The notes under the pieces: generated by a model
What the model saw: only the letters and a program-made list of their open reading frames with translations
What the model was told of the DNA's origin: nothing
Databases searched by the model: none
Origin: Massalongia carnosa
Lineage: Eukaryota
Direction of reading: 5' to 3'
Length of the DNA stretch: 64,000 nt
NCBI GenBank assembly: GCA_965645245.1
Contig: OZ287079.1
Coordinates: forward strand, 1,178,001-1,242,000
Program-made: the position numbers and the translations under genes
Shown: positions 1 to 12,500 of the stretch, piece after piece
Layout: every line of letters starts with the position of its first letter
How positions within the stretch are numbered: position 1 is the first letter of the stretch

Positions 1-1036
1 ACGGCCAATTGCCGCCGGTTTCGCGCCTACAAGCTCGGACGCCATCACCAATTTGGATCCTCCTCTCTCGCCAGCTTCCAATCAATCATACCTGGCTGCA
101 GGCGAGAGAGCACCTTTGCAAAATCCTTATTCAGCCTCAACCTCTCAACCCCCCAATCCAACCTCCACATTGCCTATTACAGTTCCATCAGCAACTCTAC
201 GGAACTCATCCCAAAACCCCGTCAAGACTCAAATCTCCACACAGCGCCATCAAACAATCCTGAGCAGGGTAGCAGTTCCAGCGTCACCGTGCCAAGATCT
301 ATGTCCCTGCCTATGTCGCCGCAAAGCCCGACGTATGGTATGCGGTAGGAGGATCGGTTCCACGGGATAGGCGGAGGAGCTGGATAACGGACTTGTACCT
401 GTTTCTTAGATACCATTTCTCGCAGCTCCATGGGTCTGCTTCATTCAGAAAAACATGATTATGCTCAGCTGGTATGTGCGTACCATTTAGAACGCCGAAT
501 CTGTTGATAACCAAACCAGGTTTTCGAAAGCAGATGTGTCAACAACGCAACTGAGGCTCGCTTCTAGCGTCAAATCATTTGACTCGTATCTTGTGAAGGA
601 GTAAATCGCGACGGATTTGTATCTTGTGAGGGAATAATCCCTGATAATTGGATGAATGGGTTGGTGGGCAGTGAACGGGCAGCGAGTTGAGGCTGCAAGG
701 TCATATGTTGTTGGATCTTCACGATGCGTGTGAAGCTTTATTCTTTACCTTTGTGGATATGTTCAGCTAAGATAGCGAAGTCCTCTTTTCTTTCTCGTTC
801 CCATTCTCATTCTCTTCGCCTTTTCATCCTAACTACCATCATGGCTTTCTATTCTTACTTTTTCCCTCCTTGGATCTTGAAGTTTAACGCTCCCATGTTT
901 ATGGATTGGTTCTCCATCTACTATCTTTTACAGGAAACCTCATATTCGAAGCTGGCAATAAAATAATTTCTTCTTTTCTCTCATCTCTTTCCCTTCTCAA
1001 TCTTATTCATCATTGATTGTTTACTTACTTTCTGCC

Positions 1037-1038
1037 CG

Positions 1039-1069
<31 letters not shown>

Positions 1070-1079
1070 CCCCCCCCCC
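1037..1079. repeat. (CT)n microsatellite followed by a poly-C run
   Basis: Direct reading: ctctctcgctctctctctct...cccccccccc. Confidence 0.8.
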
Positions 1080-4000
1080 ATCATTTTCATCTCAATTTTT
1101 CAAAAATTATTATACTCGATACCTACATCCACATAACGAAATAAACTGCTCAGCCAAATCCTAATATCTGTGGAAAACCGGATACTGGGTCACAGAATCG
1201 GAAATAACATTACTTCAATACCGACACTCACATGTTCAATCAATAACTACTAGCTTTGGCTTACTATATATCTATCGCGATTTCAATTCCATGTCGGATA
1301 GAACATACGCAGAAGCAAGATTGACGTGATTCACTGCGCGTGAGAGGGGTTTTTCTATCGTTCTTTTGTTTTTGTATATATTATCGAATTTTCATCACTC
1401 ATCATGGACCCAATCAACGAATTGCGAAAATTTAGCCTGCAGCTGGTAAAGCCATGAAGTACCTGCACTAAGCTCGAACGAATGTTGAGATATTAAGTCA
1501 ATCTTACTGCTACTTTACCTGTCTGCCAGAATGAGACGTGGGGTGATTTCGGAATAAGATCGAAAGCGCATAGAGACGATTTGATACAGATTCATCCTTT
1601 TACCATTTAGGAGGAGGGAGAAATCAACGAAGGATTTACTGCGGATCCGTTCAACCTGGGAGGGGAAAAACAAAATTTATCGATTGATTGCTTCTTTCTT
1701 ATGTTTTCTGTTTCTCTCCATTTTCTGTTTTAGAAAATGATAAATAGCTCATTTGGAGATTCTGAGTTTTCCAGAAAGGTGTGATGGCGCCAGCGAGTTC
1801 TCTTCTCTATATCAATTTCTACGTCATACTTCGAGGTTCACACAGGATTAGGAGATAGTTCCCTTTTAACCAACCCTTGAAGTGTACTCAACTCGACCAA
1901 AGAGGTTTTTCTGGTTTGGTCGGTCAAATGTCGAATGTGCTGGTTTGGGGCGAAAGAACGGTTGCACATTTGACGGTCGACGAGGGAGGGTTTTTCATCA
2001 GAGAGGAGATGGAGAGAAGCAGTTACTTTCCTTATAAAGGAAGAGGAAATCTTGCTGGAGAGAATTGGAGCAAGGCGCAGGAACGATTGAGCTGTGCGAA
2101 AGTAGGTAAAGAAAAGAACAACATTCAGAAAGCCAGATACTGGAAGGAAAGCTAAAGGATAAGTGTGTGTTGAAGTAAAGTGAGAAGGAGAATTTTAGCT
2201 GCTAGGATAGATAACACGGAGAGTAAGCAAGAGAAGGAAGAGGCCTGACTAACTAGCTGGCTTCTCGTCTTGATACCTCGCTCCCAAAAAGCTCTCGCTT
2301 CCAGCGAACTCCCGCCAACCTACCCAGAAAGCCAAGCAAAAACAGATTCTCGTCTAAGCCGCTAACTGGAGAATAATGATCAAGGAGAAGCCTCGCATAT
2401 ATGTATATCTGCACCTTATTTATATTTTAGGAAGGGGGTTTATACAACGTTTAAGACAATACCGCGAATTATCAGGAGTTTTGTAGAAGAGATATGAAAA
2501 CTCATCGAAAATATCCCGGGGATTCGGGTGTTTTGAGCAATAGGATGGCGCTTCGTTGAACGAGGGACAAGGACTTGCTGAGGCGAGAGAACTTGGAGCG
2601 AATTGGTCCGCACAGATGAAAGAGACATCTAAGGGAAAGACTTTCGCCAAGAGGAAGAGGAAGACAGCTTTGGAATCTTTGTGGCTAGTGGATGTTTTGA
2701 AGGATGTTGTTGATTCGTGAAAAGAGCCTCCAAAAGAAGCATTTTGTCAGAAAAAAGCAATCAAAGTATAAGGAGAATCCATAGTTAGCCTGCAGCCCTG
2801 AATTGGTCATAACGGTACCGTGAAGAGTTTTCATGCCAATGGGCTAAAGAGAAGAGGGAGAAGGCAGTTATGTGTGACCGTTGGCAAATGGGAGTTCCTA
2901 CCGTCTCTAGCCGTATCGGTGGGGCTTTGTTATTATATGGAAAGGGCATGATATAATATATATCTATACGAAAGAAGTGGAAAAAATGTATAGAGAACGA
3001 CAGCAAAGCAAGATCTAGACGTCTATGCCTCCCCACTAAACAAATACCTAGGCAGCTCGCGAGGATTCAGGTCCAGCCAGGCTTATCCCATGATGTATTC
3101 ACCTCCGGGGAGATACGAGACGCGGAAAGGCACTTATAAAGCTATATACCCAAGTTATAATATATGCTCCTGCTGGCGCGACCAATCCCAGGGGCATTCA
3201 ACTTCAAAGACTTCAAGGGTCTTTTGCGAGAAACTCATCAATCTCTTCCTTTTACCGTGACTACGGACGGGGATGGGGCTGAGCTGTGAGGGCCGGCGGC
3301 TTAGAATTACCGTAGGATGAACGTAATTGATAGGGAGAAGTGGAAAAGATAAGATAGAGGGCTTTGTTCCCGCGTTTCCTAGAGTTAGCGTGCCCGCTAT
3401 GGCTTAAGAGGTCTCCACTCGAGCCGCCTCAAGCATCCTTTTTGAAGCTTGCGGAAGAGATTTTAGGGGAGACTAGATAAGGCAATGAGCAGAGGTTGAA
3501 GAAGATAGTTGAGGGTAACGATGGTATGTCCTTATTCTTGCGATATGCGCAAAACTGTGTTGGATGATGGGGAAAGAGTACAACGGTTTCGTGTTGTTTT
3601 CTCGATAATAAGAGAAGACAGCAAGGTCATAAAGGGATGAAGCTTGGGTCCGACGTAAATCTTTCGGGAGCATAACAGCATTGGTCGAATTGGAAATCGC
3701 ATATTTCACGACATGGATCAACAGCTGTCTCATCATCAGAACGCACGAGTCGTTAATCGGTGTTTCGCCATTTTATCTCTACAAGTTTTCAAACTCGATA
3801 TTTCTATATAAAGGCAAGAAACCTCAGCTAGAGATTCGAGAAAAGCGAGCAGCTTGCTCCAAAATCTCTCTCTCTCTCTCAGAGATAATGTCGAAACTAC
3901 AAGCCATAAGGCACCAACTGGATTGAGATAGGATAACTAGGCCTTGCCTAGCAATCAGAAAGAGAAATATCGTCAGCCGTCCGGAGTACAAGCTAAACGT

Positions 4001-7000
4001 TATGAGCATAGACTGAACACGAACTTTGGACGAAGCTTCCAAAAGAATACCAAAGACGTTGTGGAAAACTTACAGGAGTCAATCAAAACCCAGGTACAAT
4101 ATCAAGAAGCAATAAGTCCTTTTAAGGAGAATTAACACCGTAGGCGAGAAACTGGATTTAGCGGATTAAGAGAAAAAAGGAAAGAGCTATTTTCGGCCAA
4201 AAATGGCATCATAAGCATGACGAAGCAGAGTACCGATTTGCGCAAGGGAAGGTAGTCCGCGCCGTAATGCGGAATTCGAGAGGGTTCCTAAACCCTCGTC
4301 CCTTTCCTGAACGCAGGGTTCGCTACAAACCCCTTGCTAGCTACTCCACGAGCTCTCTTACGGGCAAAGACGCTTGTTGGTAGAGGTAATGAGGACAATC
4401 TCTTCGATTTCCAGCACCTTTTTTCAACGACAATTGAACAAAGGTTCAAGCTTCCCCACATTGAGGAGTGGGGGGGGGGCTGAAAACGATGGTGAAGGCG
4501 GTCGGAAGGCTGGAGGATGGGAACATGAAAAAGCATTCTTATGAACCATTTTTATCGTCGTGTGCGCAGGGGAGGACCCCTTGAGGCGTTCCAGCATCCA
4601 ATGCCGAGGGGAAGGAAAATTTTCGGCTTGAATTTGGGTGAGGTACTAACTGAGCAACGGTGGCTTTGGATACTGGCATAACTAGTTATTTGGGGAGTTG
4701 AAAAGTGACTGCGGACTGTCATATAACTGGGTTAAGTATATTATATCTATCCTCCCCTTCTCCCTTACCTCGTCTTCCTATTACTTAGCACTCCTTCTGC
4801 ACCAATGTCTCGACTTCTCTCTCTCAATCAACCTTCTGTGTTTTATTCTCCCATTTGCTTCGTTTTGAGTACACATTCGAAAAAGCCCGCGGTTTCGTTA
4901 AACAGCTTCTCGCTCAACCGGCGGGGGGCGGGAATAGTCCACAAATATGGCCATTGCACGATATCCGAGCTTGGCTCATCGATCTTGGGTTTGACATTGC
5001 GGGGCGGATTATGCGTTGACGTACCGAATTTCAGTGGATCAACCACGACGCAAAGCTTGCTGACATCAGCATTTTACTCTGTTCAGAAGGCATTGCCACA
5101 GCATTGTTTATCTTGGCATGATTCGTGTTTAAATGAACAGTTGACGGCATAATGTTGAAATTACTACGGAGGTGACTGCTTATAGCCGTCATGGCAGCCT
5201 GCAGGGCTGAGCTAGAACTAATGGGGCTAAGCGAGTATTCCAACATCGTGGTCAACTCCGAGCATATGGAGAAAGTCGATTCGTCAGTATAAAAATGCTT
5301 GGAGATTTCACTTATATTCAATTTTATTGTCTTCTTTAGGCTATTGATATACAGATTATGCTGCGTCTATACAATTTTTTTTGAAAAAACGAAACATAAC
5401 TCGTTATGTTCTTGCAGGGTAATATTATTGATCGTCATTCGGCTGCTTAGCCTCAAGACCGAAGAAAAGAAAAAAACGATCGAGCTCCGAATGCGTCCAG
5501 AAAACCCGGATCGCGCATGAGGACGAGAAGGACACTGAAAGAAAGAACTACCACTGCTAGGCATCGTGCCAACGATTTTTCAGGCGTTCATGAAATTGCA
5601 ACATCATTCGTATAAAGTGCGAGACCGCCGTTACATTCAGCATATTGTCAGCCTGGTCATCTGAATGCTACGCATCGTCGGAATCATCATCGAATCATCG
5701 CATTCTTGAGTCGAGCCGCAGAGATACACCGTATTTCTGAACTATTATCGGATCGCGATGACGAGTGAATGTAACGGGAGCGGATGGTATAGATTTTGAC
5801 CATTCCTATTAGTGGGCCAAAAGGCACATTCCACAGTTAGAAACCTATACTACTACCTGTAACTGAAGGTCTAGGGACGCCTAGGCTAGCCCTGTGACAC
5901 CGCCGACCAATGACGCGAGAACTACATTTGCCTCCCGATTCGCTCGCTCAAATCATTACCAATTTTTTTCGAATCAAATACAAGATCAGCTCCTCTTTGA
6001 TGACCCTGAAGATTCGCAATTAATCGCACCGAAATAACACTTAATCACTCTACAAGTGACTGCAACCCGTCCAACGAGGTTTTCGTTCTCAATCTCGCGG
6101 TTAAAATAAATCGACGAAACCGTGATGAGCCCCAATCAGCTGATAATACTTACGTTCTATCGCGCACAATATAAGCTATATCACGAGATAAAGAGGTTTT
6201 TTTTTTTATAATCAACTAAGCTTATTCTAACCGATTCTCGCTTTCCTTATTCGTAATTGTTGTTTGTTTCTTATTATAATGCCTTGAAAACATAATCTTG
6301 TAGTTATTGAAGATCGAAAAAGAAAATCGAGGTCGAAAAAGCAAAACATCGTCGAGCAGCGGGAAAAGTTGAAATCTCGTCTATCATAAGCTCGTTTGAA
6401 ACTAACTTAAATAAAACTAATGATTACCTATGAGGCACGCTGAAGTTGGAGGGCGAAATCAAAAGAGACTAAAGGCGAAGAAGGTCTTACTGGCGAAATT
6501 CTAAAGGCAAGGCTCGGATAATGCTCGATGTCACGGTTGTTATCGGTCGCAGAGAGTAAGATCTTGTTGTAAATGAAGAGATATAATGGCGAGTTTAGGA
6601 GATGCCTAAGGGCGAAAACATTCTTCTCACAGGAGAGTATTCTCTAGTTAACCCTGAAGTGATTGAGGATGGAGAACGGAAAATTGAGGCCGAGCGGGTG
6701 AAACATCACCGAGCGATTGATAAGAACTTTTATTCAATTTATCGCACCGCCTATATTCGTACAGCTCCAAATCGTTTAAGCTTGAGGAAACATCCGCTTC
6801 CACAAATTCAAAATACTGCGCTTTGCGCTGACAATTTCTCGAGTTTGAGATGTACTAACTTGCCCCAAATGCGCAATCAAGTGAGAACATTATATCGATT
6901 TCTTAAACCTTCACGCTACCGATGGATTCTCCCTACCCGGGTTGTTGCTGCGCACGGCAGCTTAGTGATGTTTCTAAAAACCAGGTCTATGGTGCCGCAA

Positions 7001-8740
7001 AGCAGAAGGCCATGGGTACTCAACGCGCTACTTTAGGAGGATCTTCATCTGACTCTTCGGGATTCAATCAACTCCCCGCAATAGCCACAGTGAAATTATA
7101 ACACTACCGGACAACGGGAGTTCAGTGTTGGGGTTCCCGGGTGAAAGACTATTGGATTTTGACGGCAACATCTTTGCTAAAACGTTGTGAGTTCTAGGTA
7201 TTATATCTTCACGCAAGCGGAACATTTACGATCGTGGTTATTATATCAACTCTTTTCAGCAAGCATAAGATGATGTGTTTAGGGAGGATAAGATGCTTTT
7301 TGATAGGAGACGTTATCAAAACATTCATATCATTCGTTTTATTTGTTTTTACTCTACTAATAAAACCCAAACTCTTCCTCTTACATACTCTATTCTTCAT
7401 TGTTTCCTTTACTGTTTTCCGTTCATAATCTCTTTCTCTGGGATTATTTATTGGTATCTTGTCCCTCGATTTTATACGGCCTGATGAATCCTCTATCCTT
7501 TGACATATCGAATCCGAGCGGCACAACGAGACTACCAACGCCCTCAGCAAATACAGTTCAAAGCAAACTAGAAGAGCACGTGATCTTCTCTTTTCCAACT
7601 TATCATCCCCCAATCCGAAGTGGATTTGAAATACCAATAGGGAGTTATATGGCCTAAGAAGCGAACCCTTCTAATCTCGTGGTTGCTTTCATTTGGGGAT
7701 GCCCCAAACTGCTGTTTTGGCAGGCATAGGTACCTATTAGATACCGCATGTCTCTCTTCAGACATATTCGCGAGACCAACTTTCCCTAAAATCCACGCAT
7801 ACAGACTGTTTACTTAGGAGGGAAACGTGAAGGAAGAGCCTCCTTTACCGGCACAAAGAAGTTAAACTTTACCGAATCTACCAATTGGCCTTACAGCTTC
7901 TGAGTGGCCTGGAGAAGACTGAATAGGATAGCTAGCGATTAATAGTCAATGCCGCAGAATGACCGTTGACAAGATAATCAAGCTGATGACGAAGAAGCTG
8001 ACCTGTTCAGGAAAGAAAACCCCGAGCAAAAACATCTAGTATGTATATGTGCCTGCGGTATAATACAGATGTTCTTGCTTTCAGTATTTCGTTGATGTCG
8101 TTCGCTCCAATGCCCATGATCAACAGCCCGTCGACCTATGTGGTCTCTCAATCTTTCTGTGCAAACAGGACTTTTCCGACCACAGCCTTGGCCTGAACTC
8201 AAGCGATTTTGAGTCAATGATGTCTAATATGAAGTCGGGCATGTTGACAGCACTTAACGTGTCAATATTGTCACTTGCTAAACCAGTAACTTTTCGCCAA
8301 TCAGGCCATCGGCGAAGGAGGCCTCCAAATGAGAGTTCATCGAAAATTCTTTGATCACGAGTCATGCATGATACCGCATTTCCTCGAAGCTGCTCGTCTA
8401 AACGAGAGGAAAATTTACCAAGGAGGTTAGGACAACAACGCGAATAGGTATGTGGAGACAGGAAAGATAGGAACTTACACAGCAACTCCAAAATCTTTCT
8501 CTCTGAACTTGGGAAACGCCAGATACTGAAGTACTCCGAGGCTACCTCAATACCAAGGCTCCCAAGGCTATAGGCTTAGGGTGAGTAGGACAAATATGCA
8601 ACCCACATCTGACCTTATCGCCTTACATCCAATCACGAAACTCACGATGGGGAAATAACTGGCCATCGTTGAAGCCTTTAAGAATTGAGCTCCGAGTAGG
8701 CCAGTAGATTCCATATAGAGTTCCCGGCTAGTGTCCACAG

Positions 8741-8840
8741 CATTGCGTTGACCTCGCTGCCCGAATCTATCAAAGCCTATGTCTCACGTACGCAAACTCA
8801 GCCATCGGAAGCAGGCGCGCCCAGTCGTCTTGTTCGTAGT
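8741..8840 (-). mobile_element. Tiny Ty3/gypsy LTR-retrotransposon relic (integrase-core and aspartic-protease motif fragments)
   Basis: The minus strand 8840-8788 reads YEQDDWARLLPMAEFAY, typical of a fungal gypsy integrase core. 8776-8741, in another frame, reads ALIDSGSEVNAM, a D-S-G retropepsin motif. Confidence 0.65.
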
Positions 8841-9579
8841 ATGTCAACCGTCGCACTGAACCCGGTTGAAAGGGCTGGAATATTCAAAAACACTTTGTTT
8901 TAGTTACAACGCAGCTAGGTCTGAGAACCATAATCTTTGACAACTGAAGAGCTTGATAGTAAGCTCCCACTAACTAGTGGATTCGAAAAGTCCTCAAGAA
9001 GCTATGCACCATCTTATGCAACCAATTCCCAAAAATCTCATAATTGAAGCTGTTGAACTGCGTCCATTGAATGGCTGCAGATTCAAAAACTTGAAACGAG
9101 TGTATTGAGATGCGCAGGGAGCATCAGTCTTGGAAAACAAAAAACAAAGAAATACTCTCGACTTCAATCTACCTTGTAAATGAGACGCAAAAGCATACGC
9201 AGCTTTAGATATGCTGATAAGATATAATTAATGCGTTCGGCAAAGGATAATTCCCGACAGCACTCCAAAAATTCTATAGTATATTCGGAGAGACCTCTTT
9301 GGATTCCAAGACGAGACTGACGAGAATGGACACTATGTGTCTGATGTGCGGCCAGAGTTTTAAACCAGCTGTAAATATGCTTACAAGAACGGCTTATTCT
9401 TTACAACCCGATTGAAAAATGAATCAAAAGTTCAAGGAAAGCGCTATTGAAACTTAATCGGAGAAAATCCTGGACCCTTTATAGAAATGCCTTCTAAACA
9501 TAATATCGTCGTAATTGAAGATCGAAAGAGAGGTTTGTCATTGAAAGGGCAACACTTCAAGAAATCTAGATATGTACCT

Positions 9580-12500
9580 CAGTGTTCGCAATGGAGTGAT
9601 TCTTAATGGATATCCACTCCATTTAATCCACTCCAATCCACTCCAAAGGTTTTTTTTTTAAATGGAGTCCATCCAATAAGGTTTTAGGCTTAATGGAGTC
9701 ACTCCAATAAGGATTTATCTAATGGAGTGGACTCCATGGAGTCCAATGGATTAGGGCCTAAAAATAGGTGGTGTTTTAGGTATAGCTCCAGGGGCCTTAA
9801 AGCTATGGTCATTCCCACATTTTAAGTGATATTTCACTTGTTTTACTGCTTTTATTCGTGTCAACCTACAAATATCACTTGCTATGGACTGAATTTGCTT
9901 CTATTTAAACTAGAAACCACCAAAATCCGTCCCGAACCGTACTTGCAGTGATGTCTGATATTAGTGACGATACAACTACAACCCGCCCCGACCCTGGCGA
10001 GACAGAGTCAGTATTTGAGCTTCCTGGAGCATGTGATATCGACGTTACTGAACGTATTACGCGTGGCAGAAAGCGTACGGTTGGTTCAGCAGAGCTTGGG
10101 AATGAAGCTTCAAGAGTATTGATCCATATCCTTTATTTAATCAAGCTTATATATTAATATATGGCAGAGGTCTCCATCCCAGTCAGCCCTGAGCTTTTCT
10201 CGACGTTCCCCTGCACCCTCCACGACTTCCCAAGCTACGGAGCGTCCCCATATCATCCTGAGCGGCACTATATACTCTGAGAACGACAGGAACGCTCCTG
10301 GTAACCATTCCAGCAGCCCTTCTAGGCCGTCACCTATAACCTCTATTGAAGGCAGGGTTATTGGTGGCCGGTTTTCGTCTCCTACAAGTGGAATAGCTTC
10401 AAAGAGAGCTAGAGCGAGCCGTAGTTGGATATGGGATTGGGGCACCAAGGCAGAGAGGGAGGGCAAGGCCTATTGGGTGTGTAACAAATGTAAAGTACCA
10501 GATTTATACTTATTTGCCATGTTTGCTATGAAAATTTGTATAGAACTCAGTGTAATTCCGCCCATTTTATATGTACCGAACCATCGAGTTGTCATTTTGA
10601 CATGTACTATACATTTGTCCAATATCTATTTAATTTATATTAACGATTATTAAAGCTAATTAACTACAGGTGTTGCAGACGGTTCTAATACTGAGTATAT
10701 GATCACAAACGGCACTGCTTCATGTGGAGAGCACTTACGAAAGGACCATAATCTTGTTCCACCTAAGGAAGCAGCTGCTAGGGCATCTATCTCTGTTGTT
10801 GAACATCTTCAACAAGGGGTAGTAGTTGCTCCTTTTAGTCCAGAAGTCTTTCGACAAAAGCTCTTACGATTTCTTTGTATTTGTCATATTCCTTTTGCCA
10901 TTGTAGAGCAGCGTGCTTTTCGAGACCTGCTTTTATATTCAAGTCCGTATTTACGAGGCAATGATACACTCCCCAAGTCGGGCAATTCCATTAAAGCTGC
11001 ACTATTAGAGATATTTCTAGCTTGTCAACTTGTATTGATTCAGTTATTAGTGGAAAGCAACTGCCAAGTCCATATATCCTTTGACTTATGGTCGTCTCCT
11101 AATAATTTCTCTATGCTAGGTCTTTGCTGTCACTTTATTGATCGTTCCTGGCAAGCACGTACAGTGATTCTTGGCATGAAGCGTCTTATTGGACCCCATA
11201 GTGGAGAGAATATGTCAAAATTAATAGTCAAGGCCCTTGAAGTTTATAAACTAGGGGGTAGGCTCGGCTACTGTGTTTTGGATAATGCCGGTGATAATGA
11301 CACTTGCTTGAGAGCAGTCGAGGAACATCTCCTTTTGCAGGGAGTTAGGTGGGACGCTGATACTCACCGACTACGTTGTTTCGGCCATATCGTTAATCTC
11401 GTGGCAACTGCATTCTTAGAGAACAAACCTACGAAGCAAGCGCGTCAACGACTCCCAGGGGAGCCCAAGGCAGTCTGGAAACGTCCAATAGATGCTATTA
11501 CGAAGCTTCATGTGATTATTGTCTTTATAATGGCCACCGCTCAAAGGATCGAGCAGTTTGAAGGGATTAATAAGACGATTCAAGACCCTCTCTTGCATCC
11601 AATTAAAGAGCAAATCACTAGATGGTTTTCAACTCTTAATATGCTTCGACGGGCCATTCAAATCAAAGACTCTCTTGATCTATTCGTCCATCGTAACTCT
11701 GAGCAATCATTTACTGAGAAGACTCTTTTTGATTCGCAAATGACGGTTGACGATTGGAACTACGCCAAGGAAGTGATTGCTTTTATGGAACCACTCGAAG
11801 AGCTTATGATGAGTTTACAAGGAAGAGAGATGTCTGGTATATTATATAAGCTTTAAATAACTCGATAATCACTAAGCTTTTAATAGGAAATAATGGTTAC
11901 GCTCACCAAGTGCTCCCTTCATATGATTTAATAAAAAAGGGGATGGAAGAGCAGCTATTTGGTTTTGAGCTTGATGAAGTCGATCAGTCAAACCCACAGG
12001 AACTAGCTAGTAAACGACTGGAACTGAACATTATTAACGCCATGCAAAAGCTAGAGAAATACCGTCAACTACTCACTTCCCCTATTTATTTAGTGGCCGT
12101 CGTCCTGATGCCCTGGTATAAGTGGACTTATTTTGAGGATAGTATGAGTGCTAGTGACCTTGCTCAAGCTCGTACGAAGGTCCAAAAACTTTGGCAAGAC
12201 TTATATGCAAATATAGAGGTTGCTGAAGATGATATACCGTCACCTGGAAGTTAAAATAATAAGGTATATTAACACTTATTAATATAAAAACACGGCTAAC
12301 TATATTTGTAGCACGCTAAGCCCTCCCTTTTGAAGGAACACCTTAAAAGGAGTACAAACAAAGCTAAATCCACTGTCAGAGATGAATATAGACGGTACTG
12401 TAATACAGAACCAGTTGATGAAGATGGTTGCGGGTTCTCTGGCCACTTAGAATGGTGGAAAGCTCACGAGCCTCACTATCCTAGACTAGCTCAAATGGCC

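Noticed and set aside
1..530. ORFs at the window start (Ser/Pro-rich frame open from position 2 to 370)
   Set aside because: No recognisable motif; this could be a truncated or decayed gene but no product can be assigned.
5770..5899. Possible solo LTR (TGTAAC...GTGACA)
   Set aside because: The flanks (GTGAA and CCGCC) do not form a TSD and there is no second copy in the window. It may be an LTR fragment but cannot be supported.
1300..8500. Numerous 60-144-aa ORFs in the left accessory region
   Set aside because: No coherent exon structure or family motif recognised; probably decayed TE or gene relics.
9487..9579. Genes broken by the inversion breakpoints
   Set aside because: Rejoining the ancestral junctions gives only short frames with no recognisable domains (MPSKHNIVV... 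on the left, MNPPKRPQSV... on the right).
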